A stretch of DNA of 64,000 nucleotides from Candidatus Cloacimonadales bacterium (GTDB lineage Bacteria; Cloacimonadota; Cloacimonadia; Cloacimonadales; JAIOQZ01), in contig OY771587.1 in NCBI GenBank assembly GCA_963674825.1, positions 1,120,001 to 1,184,000 on the forward strand, given 5' to 3'. The notes beneath the pieces are model-generated. The model did no database searches. It worked only from the letters and a program-made list of their open reading frames with translations, and had not been told where the DNA came from. Shown one piece after another: positions 10,350 through 19,511 of this stretch. Position numbers and translations under genes: made by a program. How positions within the stretch are numbered: position 1 is the first letter of the stretch; every line of letters begins with the position of its first letter.

Positions 10350-10478
10350 CTAGATTTTGGGCAGTTCTGGATCTGGATCTGGTACTGGCGGTGGGGGGCA
10401 CCGGTGGGTGCGCTGGTTGCAAGAATCCAGTGGTGTCTCGTCAAATGCGTTCTGTGGTTTCAAGATCATAGTAATCAT
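10350..10478 (-). CDS. Putative RiPP precursor peptide A1, 42 aa: MITMILKPQNAFDETPLDSCNQRTHRCPPPPVPDPDPELPKI
   Basis: TAGGAGG RBS before ATG 10478. 26 of the first 28 residues are identical to A2 despite many synonymous codon differences. Confidence 0.88.
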   Translation of the reverse strand: MITMILKPQNAFDETPLDSCNQRTHRCPPPPVPDPDPELPKI

Positions 10479-10511
10479 TGTTCCTCCTAAAGAATTACAA
10501 GTGCGCATGCT

Positions 10512-10545
10512 TCTTGAATATTTATATTTCAAAATTGAATGTCAA
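10512..10545 (-). promoter_or_regulatory. Candidate sigma70 promoter of the RiPP operon
   Basis: Perfect TTGACA (10545-10540) followed by an AT-rich region. The -10 element is not a clean consensus. Confidence 0.45.
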
Positions 10546-11151
10546 ACCTTTTTTAAGTATTGATCTTAATTAGCGGATGGTAATATTTTGGGGTGCAGGC
10601 AATTGCCATTATGTATTATTTATTATTAATGCTCAAATTCGTCTTGGTTTTGCTACACACCTGCCCTAATTCGGATTCAGCATAAGGATTCATGACAGAA
10701 ATGGCCGAGGAAAATGGGACTTGCTTTTATACCCCATGCTGAGCCTTCTTCGACCCACTAGCCAACTAAAGAGCCCCAAAAATCTACTGCCTTTTCAGAA
10801 TTATGATTTTCAGCGTCAATATCTGCTCCAATTGATGGTAGCGCACTGAAACTTCCATATATATAGATATGAATCCCCATTATCAATAACAAGATATATT
10901 AGTCCGTTTACAGCATTCGCATATCTTATCTCACCTTCGAAGCTATTTGGATCAGTAATGGCTTTCTCTACAGGCTCAATCGCGGCATTCTTCGGCAGTC
11001 TACCGAACATCCCGCAACCCTTCGAGGTTTTCTTGCAAAGCTCTAGAATTCCCTTTTCGCTGGTGTTCTGGCTTTCACCCTTCGGTTCGAATCGTATCGA
11101 AATGACGGCAGAAAGTAGCTTGATGAATGCTCGTCCCGTCCTGAAAAAGGG

Positions 11152-11190
11152 GCATCTGTAAACTTCTGCCAAGGGGGTGTCATTTTATAG
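11152..11190 (+). repeat. Right copy of the imperfect direct repeat flanking the RiPP segment
   Basis: GCATCTGTAAACTTCTGCCAAGGGGG, 22/26 identical to 4064-4089. Confidence 0.6.
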
Positions 11191-11436
11191 CGATTTCCTC
11201 GATTCAAGCGGATATATTTTCCATGTAAACTATGCGGATAAATTCTAAGATTCAGTCACTTGCGTAAGTAGGGCCAACTAAAGAAGGAGATATACTCACG
11301 AAAAGCATTCGGCATTACTCGTAATTTCCAGGTAGCTTATTATAATAATAGTGTTCGCTCATTTTTAATAATTTCTTGACATACTATTTACACAATACCA
11401 TACATAGCATTCAATCACACTTCGAGGGGAAACATT

Positions 11437-13413
11437 ATGAGAGATTATTATGATGCGCTTGATGAAATCATGGACTATGCAGTAGACGCCGATAGAGAGC
11501 CATCAGCAAACAGCAAACTCAAGATTAACGCAAAAGATTTCTACGATGGATTGTACGTTAGAAGGCGAAATGAAGAAGCTAAGATAATTGACCTACTGAA
11601 AGAAGCCCATATGATCCATGTTATCGGTGAGCGTGGAAGTGGAAAATCATCTCTCTTAAACGCATTGCCGCGATTATATCAGACAAGGAAAAGTCCTCAT
11701 GGCAATCTTCTATTTTTGCTTTTTGATTTTTTCAGCAACAGAAAACACCAGGAAGCAGTTCACAAATCATTAACCGGCGGAATAGAATTACTAGAAAATG
11801 AAATTAAAGCAGACTTTACCGAAAAATATAAAAAATTATCCCTGCGGATAGTCAAACACTATGGGAATTTGCTACAGAAACCAGAGCCCGAAAATCATAT
11901 GCCAAGTTCAGCTTTTACTGAAAGATACACAGACAGGTATGACCTATTATCCAACGAAGAGAATAAGGCGCTAAAACATTTAGATTTACTGGATATAGGC
12001 CAGTATTGCCATAAAAAACACAATCAGAAAATAATTATTATTCTAGACAATTTTGACTCATGTTATCTCGATCGGATTTTCAACTATGAAGCCATTACCA
12101 GCTTCATGGAAATCCTACACAAACGCTTGCCCACATATAAAGGGCTAATCAGGTTCATTGTTGCGATCCGACATGATATATACCACGAATCTTTTACCAA
12201 GCCAGCACGTCTTAACCAACCAGGTCATGGAACAATGATAAAAAACAGACTCTTTTCCCTTGACTATACCGACTTATTAACGTATCTGGATGTAAAAAAA
12301 GAGATTGAAAAAAGTATAGCCACTGCTATCAGTATTGGTCATACCGAATGGGAGTCCCTTCAAGAAACTTTTCAGGATATGGCCCTACAAAAGTTCGAGA
12401 GATCCATTGCTTGGAATAGAAAAAACTACCTTGAGAAATACGCTAACCAATTGTGCAATAGAGATCCTAAATATGATCGCATTATTAACATGGCAGAAGA
12501 AAGCTACGCAATAACAGCTACATTGAATGGTTATTTTAACTATGATAGAAGAAAATCAAGCAAAGCCAGAAGACAATTTTGTTCTTACACAAGAATCAAT
12601 TACAAGCAAAGACTATACATTTTATCAAGACAAGAGATTGAGACGATTTTCTTCAGATGGTTTATCACAAACCATGCTATTGGTTACGATACAAGCACCT
12701 GTGATATTGTTGGCGAACTCACAACTGAATCTAATGGTCGAATATTATGCAATCTTGGCTTCATGCTTTCAGTATATCTTAATAACCATAGAAAACTCGG
12801 GAACACGCTAACCGGTATTAATGCATCAAAAATCATTCGAGTGTTCAGAAAGTTTGGCTATCCTGCCCAAGACGTGATTAATACACTAGTGTTTTTTCAC
12901 GATCACGCATATATCAATACAAGTAAGAACTATAGGGCTAAAGGCCGAACTGGAAAAGAAGACTACCTCATCCATCCGCAACCCAAATTACTGATCAATA
13001 TAGTAGGCCTTATACAGAAGTACACATATATGATTACACGCATAGCTCAAGAAAACAACTTCTCCGTGACCATTGATGATATAATGAGCAAAACAAATAT
13101 TGAACGGGTAATTTCTTTCGTAAGTAAAATGAGCATTGAGCACATTTCCGCATTGAAATCGATGATCAACAACAAGAAATCCGGATCTTCCATGAAAACA
13201 TACCTTGAAGAATTCTCATACAGAAATTCACTGAATGAAGCCGCCTTTTCAAATCAAAGTATTGAATGGAAAATAGGAAATTTACTGTTGCCAAGACTAA
13301 TCAGGGATCACATATCATATCTTGAGACTAATGATATCAGTGAAACCTATATCAAAAAGTACAAGGAAATCAATCGTAATTTCAAAAAGGAGGTAATCGA
13401 GATTTATGGATGA
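11437..13413 (+). CDS. P-loop NTPase, 658 aa, AT-rich
   Basis: Walker A GERGSGKS and Walker B IIIILDNFD. Long uncharacterised C-terminal region. Confidence 0.8.
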   Translation: MRDYYDALDEIMDYAVDADREPSANSKLKINAKDFYDGLYVRRRNEEAKIIDLLKEAHMIHVIGERGSGKSSLLNALPRLYQTRKSPHGNLLFLLFDFFSNRKHQEAVHKSLTGGIELLENEIKADFTEKYKKLSLRIVKHYGNLLQKPEPENHMPSSAFTERYTDRYDLLSNEENKALKHLDLLDIGQYCHKKHNQKIIIILDNFDSCYLDRIFNYEAITSFMEILHKRLPTYKGLIRFIVAIRHDIYHESFTKPARLNQPGHGTMIKNRLFSLDYTDLLTYLDVKKEIEKSIATAISIGHTEWESLQETFQDMALQKFERSIAWNRKNYLEKYANQLCNRDPKYDRIINMAEESYAITATLNGYFNYDRRKSSKARRQFCSYTRINYKQRLYILSRQEIETIFFRWFITNHAIGYDTSTCDIVGELTTESNGRILCNLGFMLSVYLNNHRKLGNTLTGINASKIIRVFRKFGYPAQDVINTLVFFHDHAYINTSKNYRAKGRTGKEDYLIHPQPKLLINIVGLIQKYTYMITRIAQENNFSVTIDDIMSKTNIERVISFVSKMSIEHISALKSMINNKKSGSSMKTYLEEFSYRNSLNEAAFSNQSIEWKIGNLLLPRLIRDHISYLETNDISETYIKKYKEINRNFKKEVIEIYG

Positions 13414-13585
13414 AATTATAGATAAAATTGAGGAGCTTAGGCAAGAGGTTCTTGAGCTTTTAGACTATACCATTAAAAGTAGCAGACGCAATGAGATCAT
13501 CCAGTACATCCTCATTGCCCTTACACTAGTATCAACGGCAAACGCTATTGTCTCAATTTTAATTTTTCTTCAGCACAAACCATAA
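13406..13585 (+). CDS. Small protein, 59 aa, acidic coiled-coil N-terminus + C-terminal TM helix (not in ORF track)
   Basis: MDEIIDKIEELRQEVLELLDYTIKSSRRNEIIQYILIALTLVSTANAIVSILIFLQHKP. AAGGAGGT RBS and an 8-nt overlap with the NTPase gene. Confidence 0.7.
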   Translation: MDEIIDKIEELRQEVLELLDYTIKSSRRNEIIQYILIALTLVSTANAIVSILIFLQHKP

Positions 13586-13676
13586 AGCAAAGTAACAGTA
13601 TGTTCTTTGCTGTTTTCGCATCACTCAGCATCAGAATGTTTGATATTTACTATATATGCATTCAGAAATAAGCTTG

Positions 13677-14546
13677 CTACATCATATTGAGGATAGAGAT
13701 GAATTCACCGGCGTTCTCGATTTCTTCTTTGGCGATGTTGCGATAGGAATCGAGATTGTATTTATTATCCTTGTCCGGCAGGATACCAAGGCGTTCCAGG
13801 GCAACAGGAGATAGTTCATCGGCGGTGTGGCTGACGGATGGCGATGAATATCCGAGACAATTGACGATGCTGTTGGAGAAGTGGATCATCGCGGTCTCGA
13901 TGGAGGGATCTTTTTCCGGTTCGTGGTGGAACCCCACGGCGTTCTCGATATCCATGGGCAGTTTCCAGCTCTGACAGAGCCAGCTTCCAATCTGCGTGTG
14001 ATCCACACCGATTACCACCATCTCCGCCATTTGCGATGTCTCCCCCATGTCGCGTGTACGCTTCTCTATCTCCAGATATCGCGGATGCAGGTACTCGTGG
14101 ATAATGAGCTTACCAATGTCATGCAAAATCCCGATAGTGAAGATTTCCGACGGTGCGCCAATCTTCAACTCCTCGCTGAGCCGCTTCCCCACGATCGCCA
14201 CTGCCAGACAGTGTTCCCAATAGCGCATCCTGTCGAAATCGTCGTCCCGATACTCCGTATTAAAGCGCTTGGTGAGCGTAAGGCTGATAGCCAGGTTGGT
14301 GATGGTATTGAAGCCGAGAAGCGAGATCGCGAGTTGAACCGTCTTGATCTGGTTTGTAAAAGCGTAGTAGGAAGAATTGGCCAGCTTGAGAATTCGCGCG
14401 GTAAGTGCTTGATCGGATGATATCAGCTTAGCGAGACCTGAGGCGGATGTACTGGGATTGTCGATCATCTCGAGTAGCTTCGCGACAATCGTCGGCATTG
14501 CGGGAAGGCTGATGATGTGTCTGGTAATCTCTTTTACATCGACCAT
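13677..14546 (-). CDS. HDOD domain protein
   Basis: 'LPAMPTIV', 'DQALTARILKLANSSYY', 'GILHDIGK', 'DHTQIGSWLCQSWKLP...HHEP'. Confidence 0.92.
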   Translation of the reverse strand: MVDVKEITRHIISLPAMPTIVAKLLEMIDNPSTSASGLAKLISSDQALTARILKLANSSYYAFTNQIKTVQLAISLLGFNTITNLAISLTLTKRFNTEYRDDDFDRMRYWEHCLAVAIVGKRLSEELKIGAPSEIFTIGILHDIGKLIIHEYLHPRYLEIEKRTRDMGETSQMAEMVVIGVDHTQIGSWLCQSWKLPMDIENAVGFHHEPEKDPSIETAMIHFSNSIVNCLGYSSPSVSHTADELSPVALERLGILPDKDNKYNLDSYRNIAKEEIENAGEFISILNMM

Positions 14547-14549
14547 AGT

Positions 14550-15323
14550 CTAATAGAGGTCTTTGAGTTTCACGTTCTGCAGAATGCTGCGAAGCTTCAT
14601 CAGGGCAGAGGAATGCATCTGAGATATTCGCGACTCGGTAACATCCAGTACCAATCCAATCTCTTTCAGTGTCAATTCTTCGTAGTAATAGAGCGCAACC
14701 ACCAGCTTTTCCTTATCCGGAAGCTGACTGATGGCGTCGGATATCCGTTTGCGCAGGTTCTGCTCGAGGTACTTTTCTTCCGCACTGCTCTCGGATTTAT
14801 CTTCGATAACATCTGAGATGTGCATGCTATTGCCTTCACCATCGCTGGGAACAACAGCGTCCAGCGATCCGAGGAAAAGCGGGCCAAGATTATCGGTAAT
14901 CTGGTAATACTCCTCGATGGTCATATCCAGTTCCTGGGCAATCTCATCGTCAGTTGGCATGCGCCCCAGTTCGTTGAAGAGCGCGTGAATCGCGCTATCG
15001 ATGCGCTTGGACTTCTGCCTGACGGATCTCGGTACCCAGTCGGTGCGTCTTATCTCGTCGATGATCGCACCGCGAACACGGATGGTGGCAAACGTCTGGA
15101 ACTCGAAACCGCGTTCGGGATCGAATTTCTGCATTGCTTCGAGCAGACCGATCACGCCAGCGCTGTAAAGATCCTCTTTTTCAAGCGTTCTGGAAGAGAA
15201 AATACTCAGCTTGTTGGCAAGGTAATGGACGATGTGGAGGTATTTCTCCACAATCTTTTCCATGAGCTCATGACGGCCCGTCTTGCGGTATAACTGCCAT
15301 AGTTTCTTTTCTTCCGCGTCCAT
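14550..15323 (-). CDS. fliA: RNA polymerase sigma-28 factor, FliA/WhiG family
   Basis: 'RVRGAIIDEIRRTDWVPRSVR' and 'LYYYEELTLKEIGLVLDVTESRISQMH'. Confidence 0.92.
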   Translation of the reverse strand: MDAEEKKLWQLYRKTGRHELMEKIVEKYLHIVHYLANKLSIFSSRTLEKEDLYSAGVIGLLEAMQKFDPERGFEFQTFATIRVRGAIIDEIRRTDWVPRSVRQKSKRIDSAIHALFNELGRMPTDDEIAQELDMTIEEYYQITDNLGPLFLGSLDAVVPSDGEGNSMHISDVIEDKSESSAEEKYLEQNLRKRISDAISQLPDKEKLVVALYYYEELTLKEIGLVLDVTESRISQMHSSALMKLRSILQNVKLKDLY

Positions 15324-15520
15324 CCTGCGTATCTCCTGTTGGAACGAAATCCTATGTAATAATTCTCCGATAAATCCATTCCATGTCAAGTCAAACTTCT
15401 CAATACAGGATTCAGCTCAGATTTTGCAAAGGACTTGTTCAATCGTTTATTACACGTTACAAAATGAAATGCGGACGTATTTGTCCGCATTTCTAAAAAT
15501 ATTTTTCCCCGAAGCTGGAG

Positions 15521-17293
15521 CTATTCTTTGATCTGCTGTTTTTCCTCTTCCTTCCGCTTCAAGATGTCCCGATGCCAATCGTTGATCTTCGCTTCTGAGA
15601 CCTTCTCTTCCAACCACTGGTCGAAATAGGCGTCCCGTTTACGCATCACGATGTCCTCTTCAAGGAACGGTTTCTGCGACTGATATCCGTACGGTGGTGG
15701 AGGCTGGATGCCATCAATCACGACAAGAAAGCTGCCATAATCGGAATGTATCGCGTGACGAAGCATACCAGGTTCTTCTTCTGCAAGAATCGCGCGGTTG
15801 AGGTCCTCGACCCATGCTCCATCGACTTCTGTAAGGAAGGTGAAGTGCTCGATAGTATAGCGCGAGTACCCATCCAGCGCGGCGTGTGCAAGCATTTCTT
15901 TGTCTTTGTACTTCTTCAGATACTCGTCCGCGGCGACTGCTGCTGCGGCAAGCTGCTTTTTCCTGAGCAAGAGATCAAAGATCGTGTCCGAAACCTCGAC
16001 AAGCGGTTGAGTCTTGCGTGGTTGGGCTTCGATCACCTGAAATAGCACATAGCTTTCGATCTTATTATTGAACTGGGGCGGGAAGATGGCCCCTTCATTC
16101 GAGCGCAGAGCTTGTTGAATAATCGTATCAAGAGCTCCGAAGAGTTCAACATAGTCGTTTTCATACGAAAGTTCTTCGAGCCGTCCACATTCCATGCCGT
16201 ATTCACTGGCAGCGCGTTTGAGTGTTATCTGTAGCGCAAGTTCGCGAAAATCAGTCACCTTCTTGTATAGTTGCTGACGCGTCTCGGAGGAAATGCGCGG
16301 AACAATGGCAATCTCTTCGATTTTGACCATCGTCTTGGTCTTTGCGACCGGATTGTAGATTTTCCAGCAGCCATCTTGAAAAAATGGCTTGGTAATCGTC
16401 TGGTAATCGCCTTTTTTCAATTGCTTGCGCACACTTGCGGGAAGCTTTTCGATCTCTACAAAGCCGACATCGCCATTCTTCAGCGACGACTCGGCATCGC
16501 TGAATTTCGCAGCCGTTGCGGCGAAAGGAGCGCCAGCTTTGAGTTCATTGTAGAGCGAATCAATCAGTACCTTTGCACCAAGTGTATCGGCTTTTGATGG
16601 AACCAAGTGAAACGCTACATAATCCAGCGTGCAACTCTCAGGGATGAGAAATGAATCGCGATGAGCCTCGTAGTATGCTGCCACTTCCGGCTGCGAAACA
16701 ACTTGGCGCGCGAAGTTTTCGGGCTTCAGGTGCACAATCTCCACATCCGCACTACCATTACGAATCTGATATTCCTTACGGACTTCATCTTCATCGACCG
16801 GGATATTCAGAAGAACCTTCTGCTGAAGCTTGCGGAACGGGATGTATGAATTGAAGTAGTGCCTTTTCAGCCAATTGAGATTGACCGGTTCACCGGTATC
16901 GAGTGCTTCCAGATAGAGCTGATTGTCGAAACCGTGGTCGCTTTGAAAAACACTCGCGTCCCGAATGAACACAGGCGGGTGATTTCTGAGCGAGTCCATG
17001 ACCTCTTCACGAGTGGTGTAAATGCCATATTCCTTATAGAGCGATTCAAGGATGATACCCTGTGCCAGGTTGTCCCACGCGGTATCGTAGATCTCCATTA
17101 CCTGCTCGCTGGTTGGCGATTTGTCATGCTTCAGTTTGAAGCTTTCGTATTCGCGTCGAACAGCGCCCAGATACTGCTCTTCAGATATTTCGACGTCGTT
17201 GACCTTGCCGGCGATCCCCTCTGGCTTGATATAACAGCCGGTGAGAAGGATCAGAATACTCATGGCGACCAGAATGCAATGGACTCTTCTCAT
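15521..17293 (-). CDS. PpiD/SurA-like peptidyl-prolyl isomerase/chaperone, probable lipoprotein
   Basis: Lipobox-like LLTGC, SurA-N region, degenerate parvulin domain 'FAATAAKFSDAESSLKNGDVG'. Confidence 0.8.
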   Translation of the reverse strand: MRRVHCILVAMSILILLTGCYIKPEGIAGKVNDVEISEEQYLGAVRREYESFKLKHDKSPTSEQVMEIYDTAWDNLAQGIILESLYKEYGIYTTREEVMDSLRNHPPVFIRDASVFQSDHGFDNQLYLEALDTGEPVNLNWLKRHYFNSYIPFRKLQQKVLLNIPVDEDEVRKEYQIRNGSADVEIVHLKPENFARQVVSQPEVAAYYEAHRDSFLIPESCTLDYVAFHLVPSKADTLGAKVLIDSLYNELKAGAPFAATAAKFSDAESSLKNGDVGFVEIEKLPASVRKQLKKGDYQTITKPFFQDGCWKIYNPVAKTKTMVKIEEIAIVPRISSETRQQLYKKVTDFRELALQITLKRAASEYGMECGRLEELSYENDYVELFGALDTIIQQALRSNEGAIFPPQFNNKIESYVLFQVIEAQPRKTQPLVEVSDTIFDLLLRKKQLAAAAVAADEYLKKYKDKEMLAHAALDGYSRYTIEHFTFLTEVDGAWVEDLNRAILAEEEPGMLRHAIHSDYGSFLVVIDGIQPPPPYGYQSQKPFLEEDIVMRKRDAYFDQWLEEKVSEAKINDWHRDILKRKEEEKQQIKE

Positions 17294-17309
17294 TGTTACC
17301 ACCTCAGGC

Positions 17310-17340
17310 AAAAAAAGCCGATGCGTTCACATCGGCTTTC
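17310..17340 (-). terminator. Rho-independent terminator
   Basis: AAAGCCGATG...CATCGGCTTT stem with a T run on the minus strand. Confidence 0.7.
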
Positions 17341-17362
17341 CTATATTTCATCGTTGATTATA

Positions 17363-19201
17363 CTAATTCGAAGCCGGTGCTTCTTTTTCCTGGAATACCG
17401 AGTAGAACTTGGCGCGATTATCTTTCACTCTAAGTTTCTCTTTCTGTTTTTCCAACCACTCGGTGTAGTAATCGTTACCTTTCTGATTGATCAGATTCTC
17501 GCGAAGAGCTTCTTTCTCGTTATCGAACATGCTCATATCTGCGGGAGTAACCTTGGTTACAAGCGCGATATAGCCGCCGCGTTTTCCATCGATCACCCCA
17601 GTCCACTGACCTTCAGGAGTTTCCTGGATTGCGCGGTTCAGATCATCTTCAAGACCGATTTGCTTGATGCGCTTCTTCATGTTGACTTCCTGCTCCGAAA
17701 CGATCTCGATGCCGGCAGCTTTAGCTTTTTCCATGTATTCATCAGGTTTGTTTTCTTCGGCGAATTTCTTCGCGTTTTCCTGCGCGACAACAATCTTCTT
17801 CTCGCGTTCGAGCTTGGATTTGATGCGGCTGGATACTTCTTCGAGATCCTGATAGTGTTCACCCTTTTCGAAGGAAACCTTCGCGATGATGAAGTTACCT
17901 TCTTCGTCTTCGATCGGTTCGAGGAGTGTTCCTACTTCATTGGTGAAAGCCAGGTTGACCAGATTCTTCTGACGTCCAAGGTCTTTCAGGTAGGATGCAC
18001 GCTGCATGAATTCTTCCGTCTGACCGACTTCGTAGCCCATTTCTTTAGCAGCCTTGTCGAGTCCTTCTTCCACAGCCTTGTCGTAAAGCGCCATCGCGTT
18101 GTTATAAACCACTTCTTCAGTCTCGGGCGAGGCCTTGATTTCGAAGAGGATGTGGCTGGCTTGGACTTCCGGTTCTCCCTTGTCGTTTTTACGCTTATCC
18201 ATCACCTTGATGATGTGGTAGCCGAACTGGGTTTTTACAAGGTCGCTCACCTGTCCAACTTTCATACTGAAAGCGGCGTCGCTGAATTCTTTGACCATAC
18301 GATCTTTCGTGAAGAAACCGAGGTCGCCGCCGTTGGGACCGGACGGGCCTTCGGAATACATCTTGGCGAGTTCTGCAAAATCTTCACCGGCTTTAGCGCG
18401 TTTCAGGATTTCCTGCGCACGATTGATGACGATCTGCTCGTCAGCTTCGCTCGGGGTCATATCGATTTTAACATAGTCGAGTTTGCGAACCGGATCGCGA
18501 AGGTAATCTTCTTTGTGCTCATTATAATAGGTTTCGATCTCAGCGTCTGTAACTTCTACTTCTTCAATCTTGCGATAATCGAAGAACAGCACTTCTACGT
18601 CTGCCATCTGGTTCTGATCGATGAATTCCTGTTTTACGTCTTCGTCGGTAACTTCGACTTCCGACTTGATATCGTCAAAAAGCTTCTCGTAGGGAAGGTT
18701 CTGACGGGCAATATACTCGAGACCAGAGAGGTTAAGCGGCTCGCCACTGGGCAAAGCGCCAGTCTTGACAACCTGCTGGTATTTCTGAAGATCAAATTTG
18801 CCATTGGTCATGAAGATTTCGCTCTGCATGATCTGCTGGCTGGGGTTATTCAAGATGCTTTCGGCAACTTCATCGTCCGTGATCTTGATGTGACGACGCT
18901 TGATCGCCTTATCCAGAATCATACGTGTTTCATATTCGTCCAGCACCTGCTGATGCAGTTCGCGAAGCTGTTTCTCGTTCAACACGTCACCTTCGTTTTG
19001 CTGCATGTGCATGCTGACCGCATTCTGGAAAGCGGCATCGTAAGTCTCAAGATTGATTTTGTCACCGTCGATTACAAGGACCGGCGGCGTGCCAAAGAAA
19101 ATATCGGTCACCCCAATCAGTGCCATACCGACGATGAAAAGGATCGCGGTAACGAAAATAATCGTTTTAGAATGCTTTCTTAAATCATTAAGCATCTTCA
19201 T
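17363..19201 (-). CDS. PpiD-like parvulin-type peptidyl-prolyl isomerase
   Basis: N-terminal TM anchor and 'FAELAKMYSEGPSGPNGGDLG...VKTQFGYHIIKV'. Confidence 0.9.
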   Translation of the reverse strand: MKMLNDLRKHSKTIIFVTAILFIVGMALIGVTDIFFGTPPVLVIDGDKINLETYDAAFQNAVSMHMQQNEGDVLNEKQLRELHQQVLDEYETRMILDKAIKRRHIKITDDEVAESILNNPSQQIMQSEIFMTNGKFDLQKYQQVVKTGALPSGEPLNLSGLEYIARQNLPYEKLFDDIKSEVEVTDEDVKQEFIDQNQMADVEVLFFDYRKIEEVEVTDAEIETYYNEHKEDYLRDPVRKLDYVKIDMTPSEADEQIVINRAQEILKRAKAGEDFAELAKMYSEGPSGPNGGDLGFFTKDRMVKEFSDAAFSMKVGQVSDLVKTQFGYHIIKVMDKRKNDKGEPEVQASHILFEIKASPETEEVVYNNAMALYDKAVEEGLDKAAKEMGYEVGQTEEFMQRASYLKDLGRQKNLVNLAFTNEVGTLLEPIEDEEGNFIIAKVSFEKGEHYQDLEEVSSRIKSKLEREKKIVVAQENAKKFAEENKPDEYMEKAKAAGIEIVSEQEVNMKKRIKQIGLEDDLNRAIQETPEGQWTGVIDGKRGGYIALVTKVTPADMSMFDNEKEALRENLINQKGNDYYTEWLEKQKEKLRVKDNRAKFYSVFQEKEAPASN

Positions 19202-19511
19202 TTCCTCCTGAAATTCCGGATTCACTATCGTTCATCACATTGAAACGTCATCTTTTGGACGCGGTCTTTTTTTGCAATAAAAAAATTGATAAAGTATCAT
19301 GATTTATTCTTACATAACCGGTGATCGCACTTTGTAACTCCATTATCGTGGCAGAAGATGGGAGATAATCGCTTATCCTTCGGAGGATAACGTCATGAAA
19401 TGCATATCTATCAAGTCTAAGTGGGATACTGAGTAAAGAAACAACAATAAACCTCCGCAGTTGACAAAAAAGATACCGTCAATAATCCTGTAATCAGAAT
19501 ATCAACAACGG

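Larger units (their letters stand above)
10135..10511. repeat. Perfect 13-bp inverted repeat bracketing both precursor genes
   Basis: AGCATGCGCACTT (10135-10147) and AAGTGCGCATGCT (10499-10511). Confidence 0.8.

Noticed and set aside
10101..10563. Plus-strand ORFs 10101-10286 and 10357-10563, and the 60-aa extension of A1 to 10532
   Set aside because: The plus-strand ORFs are antisense to the precursors. The RBS position and paralogy with A2 fix the A1 start at 10478.
10816..11172. 118-aa minus-strand ORF
   Set aside because: TTG start inside the flanking repeat, no clear RBS and no motif. It may be decayed DNA, and I cannot support it as a gene.
16859..19183. 774-aa plus-strand ORF
   Set aside because: Antisense shadow of the two PpiD-like genes, with no recognisable motifs and an F/V/D-rich composition typical of reverse-frame readings.
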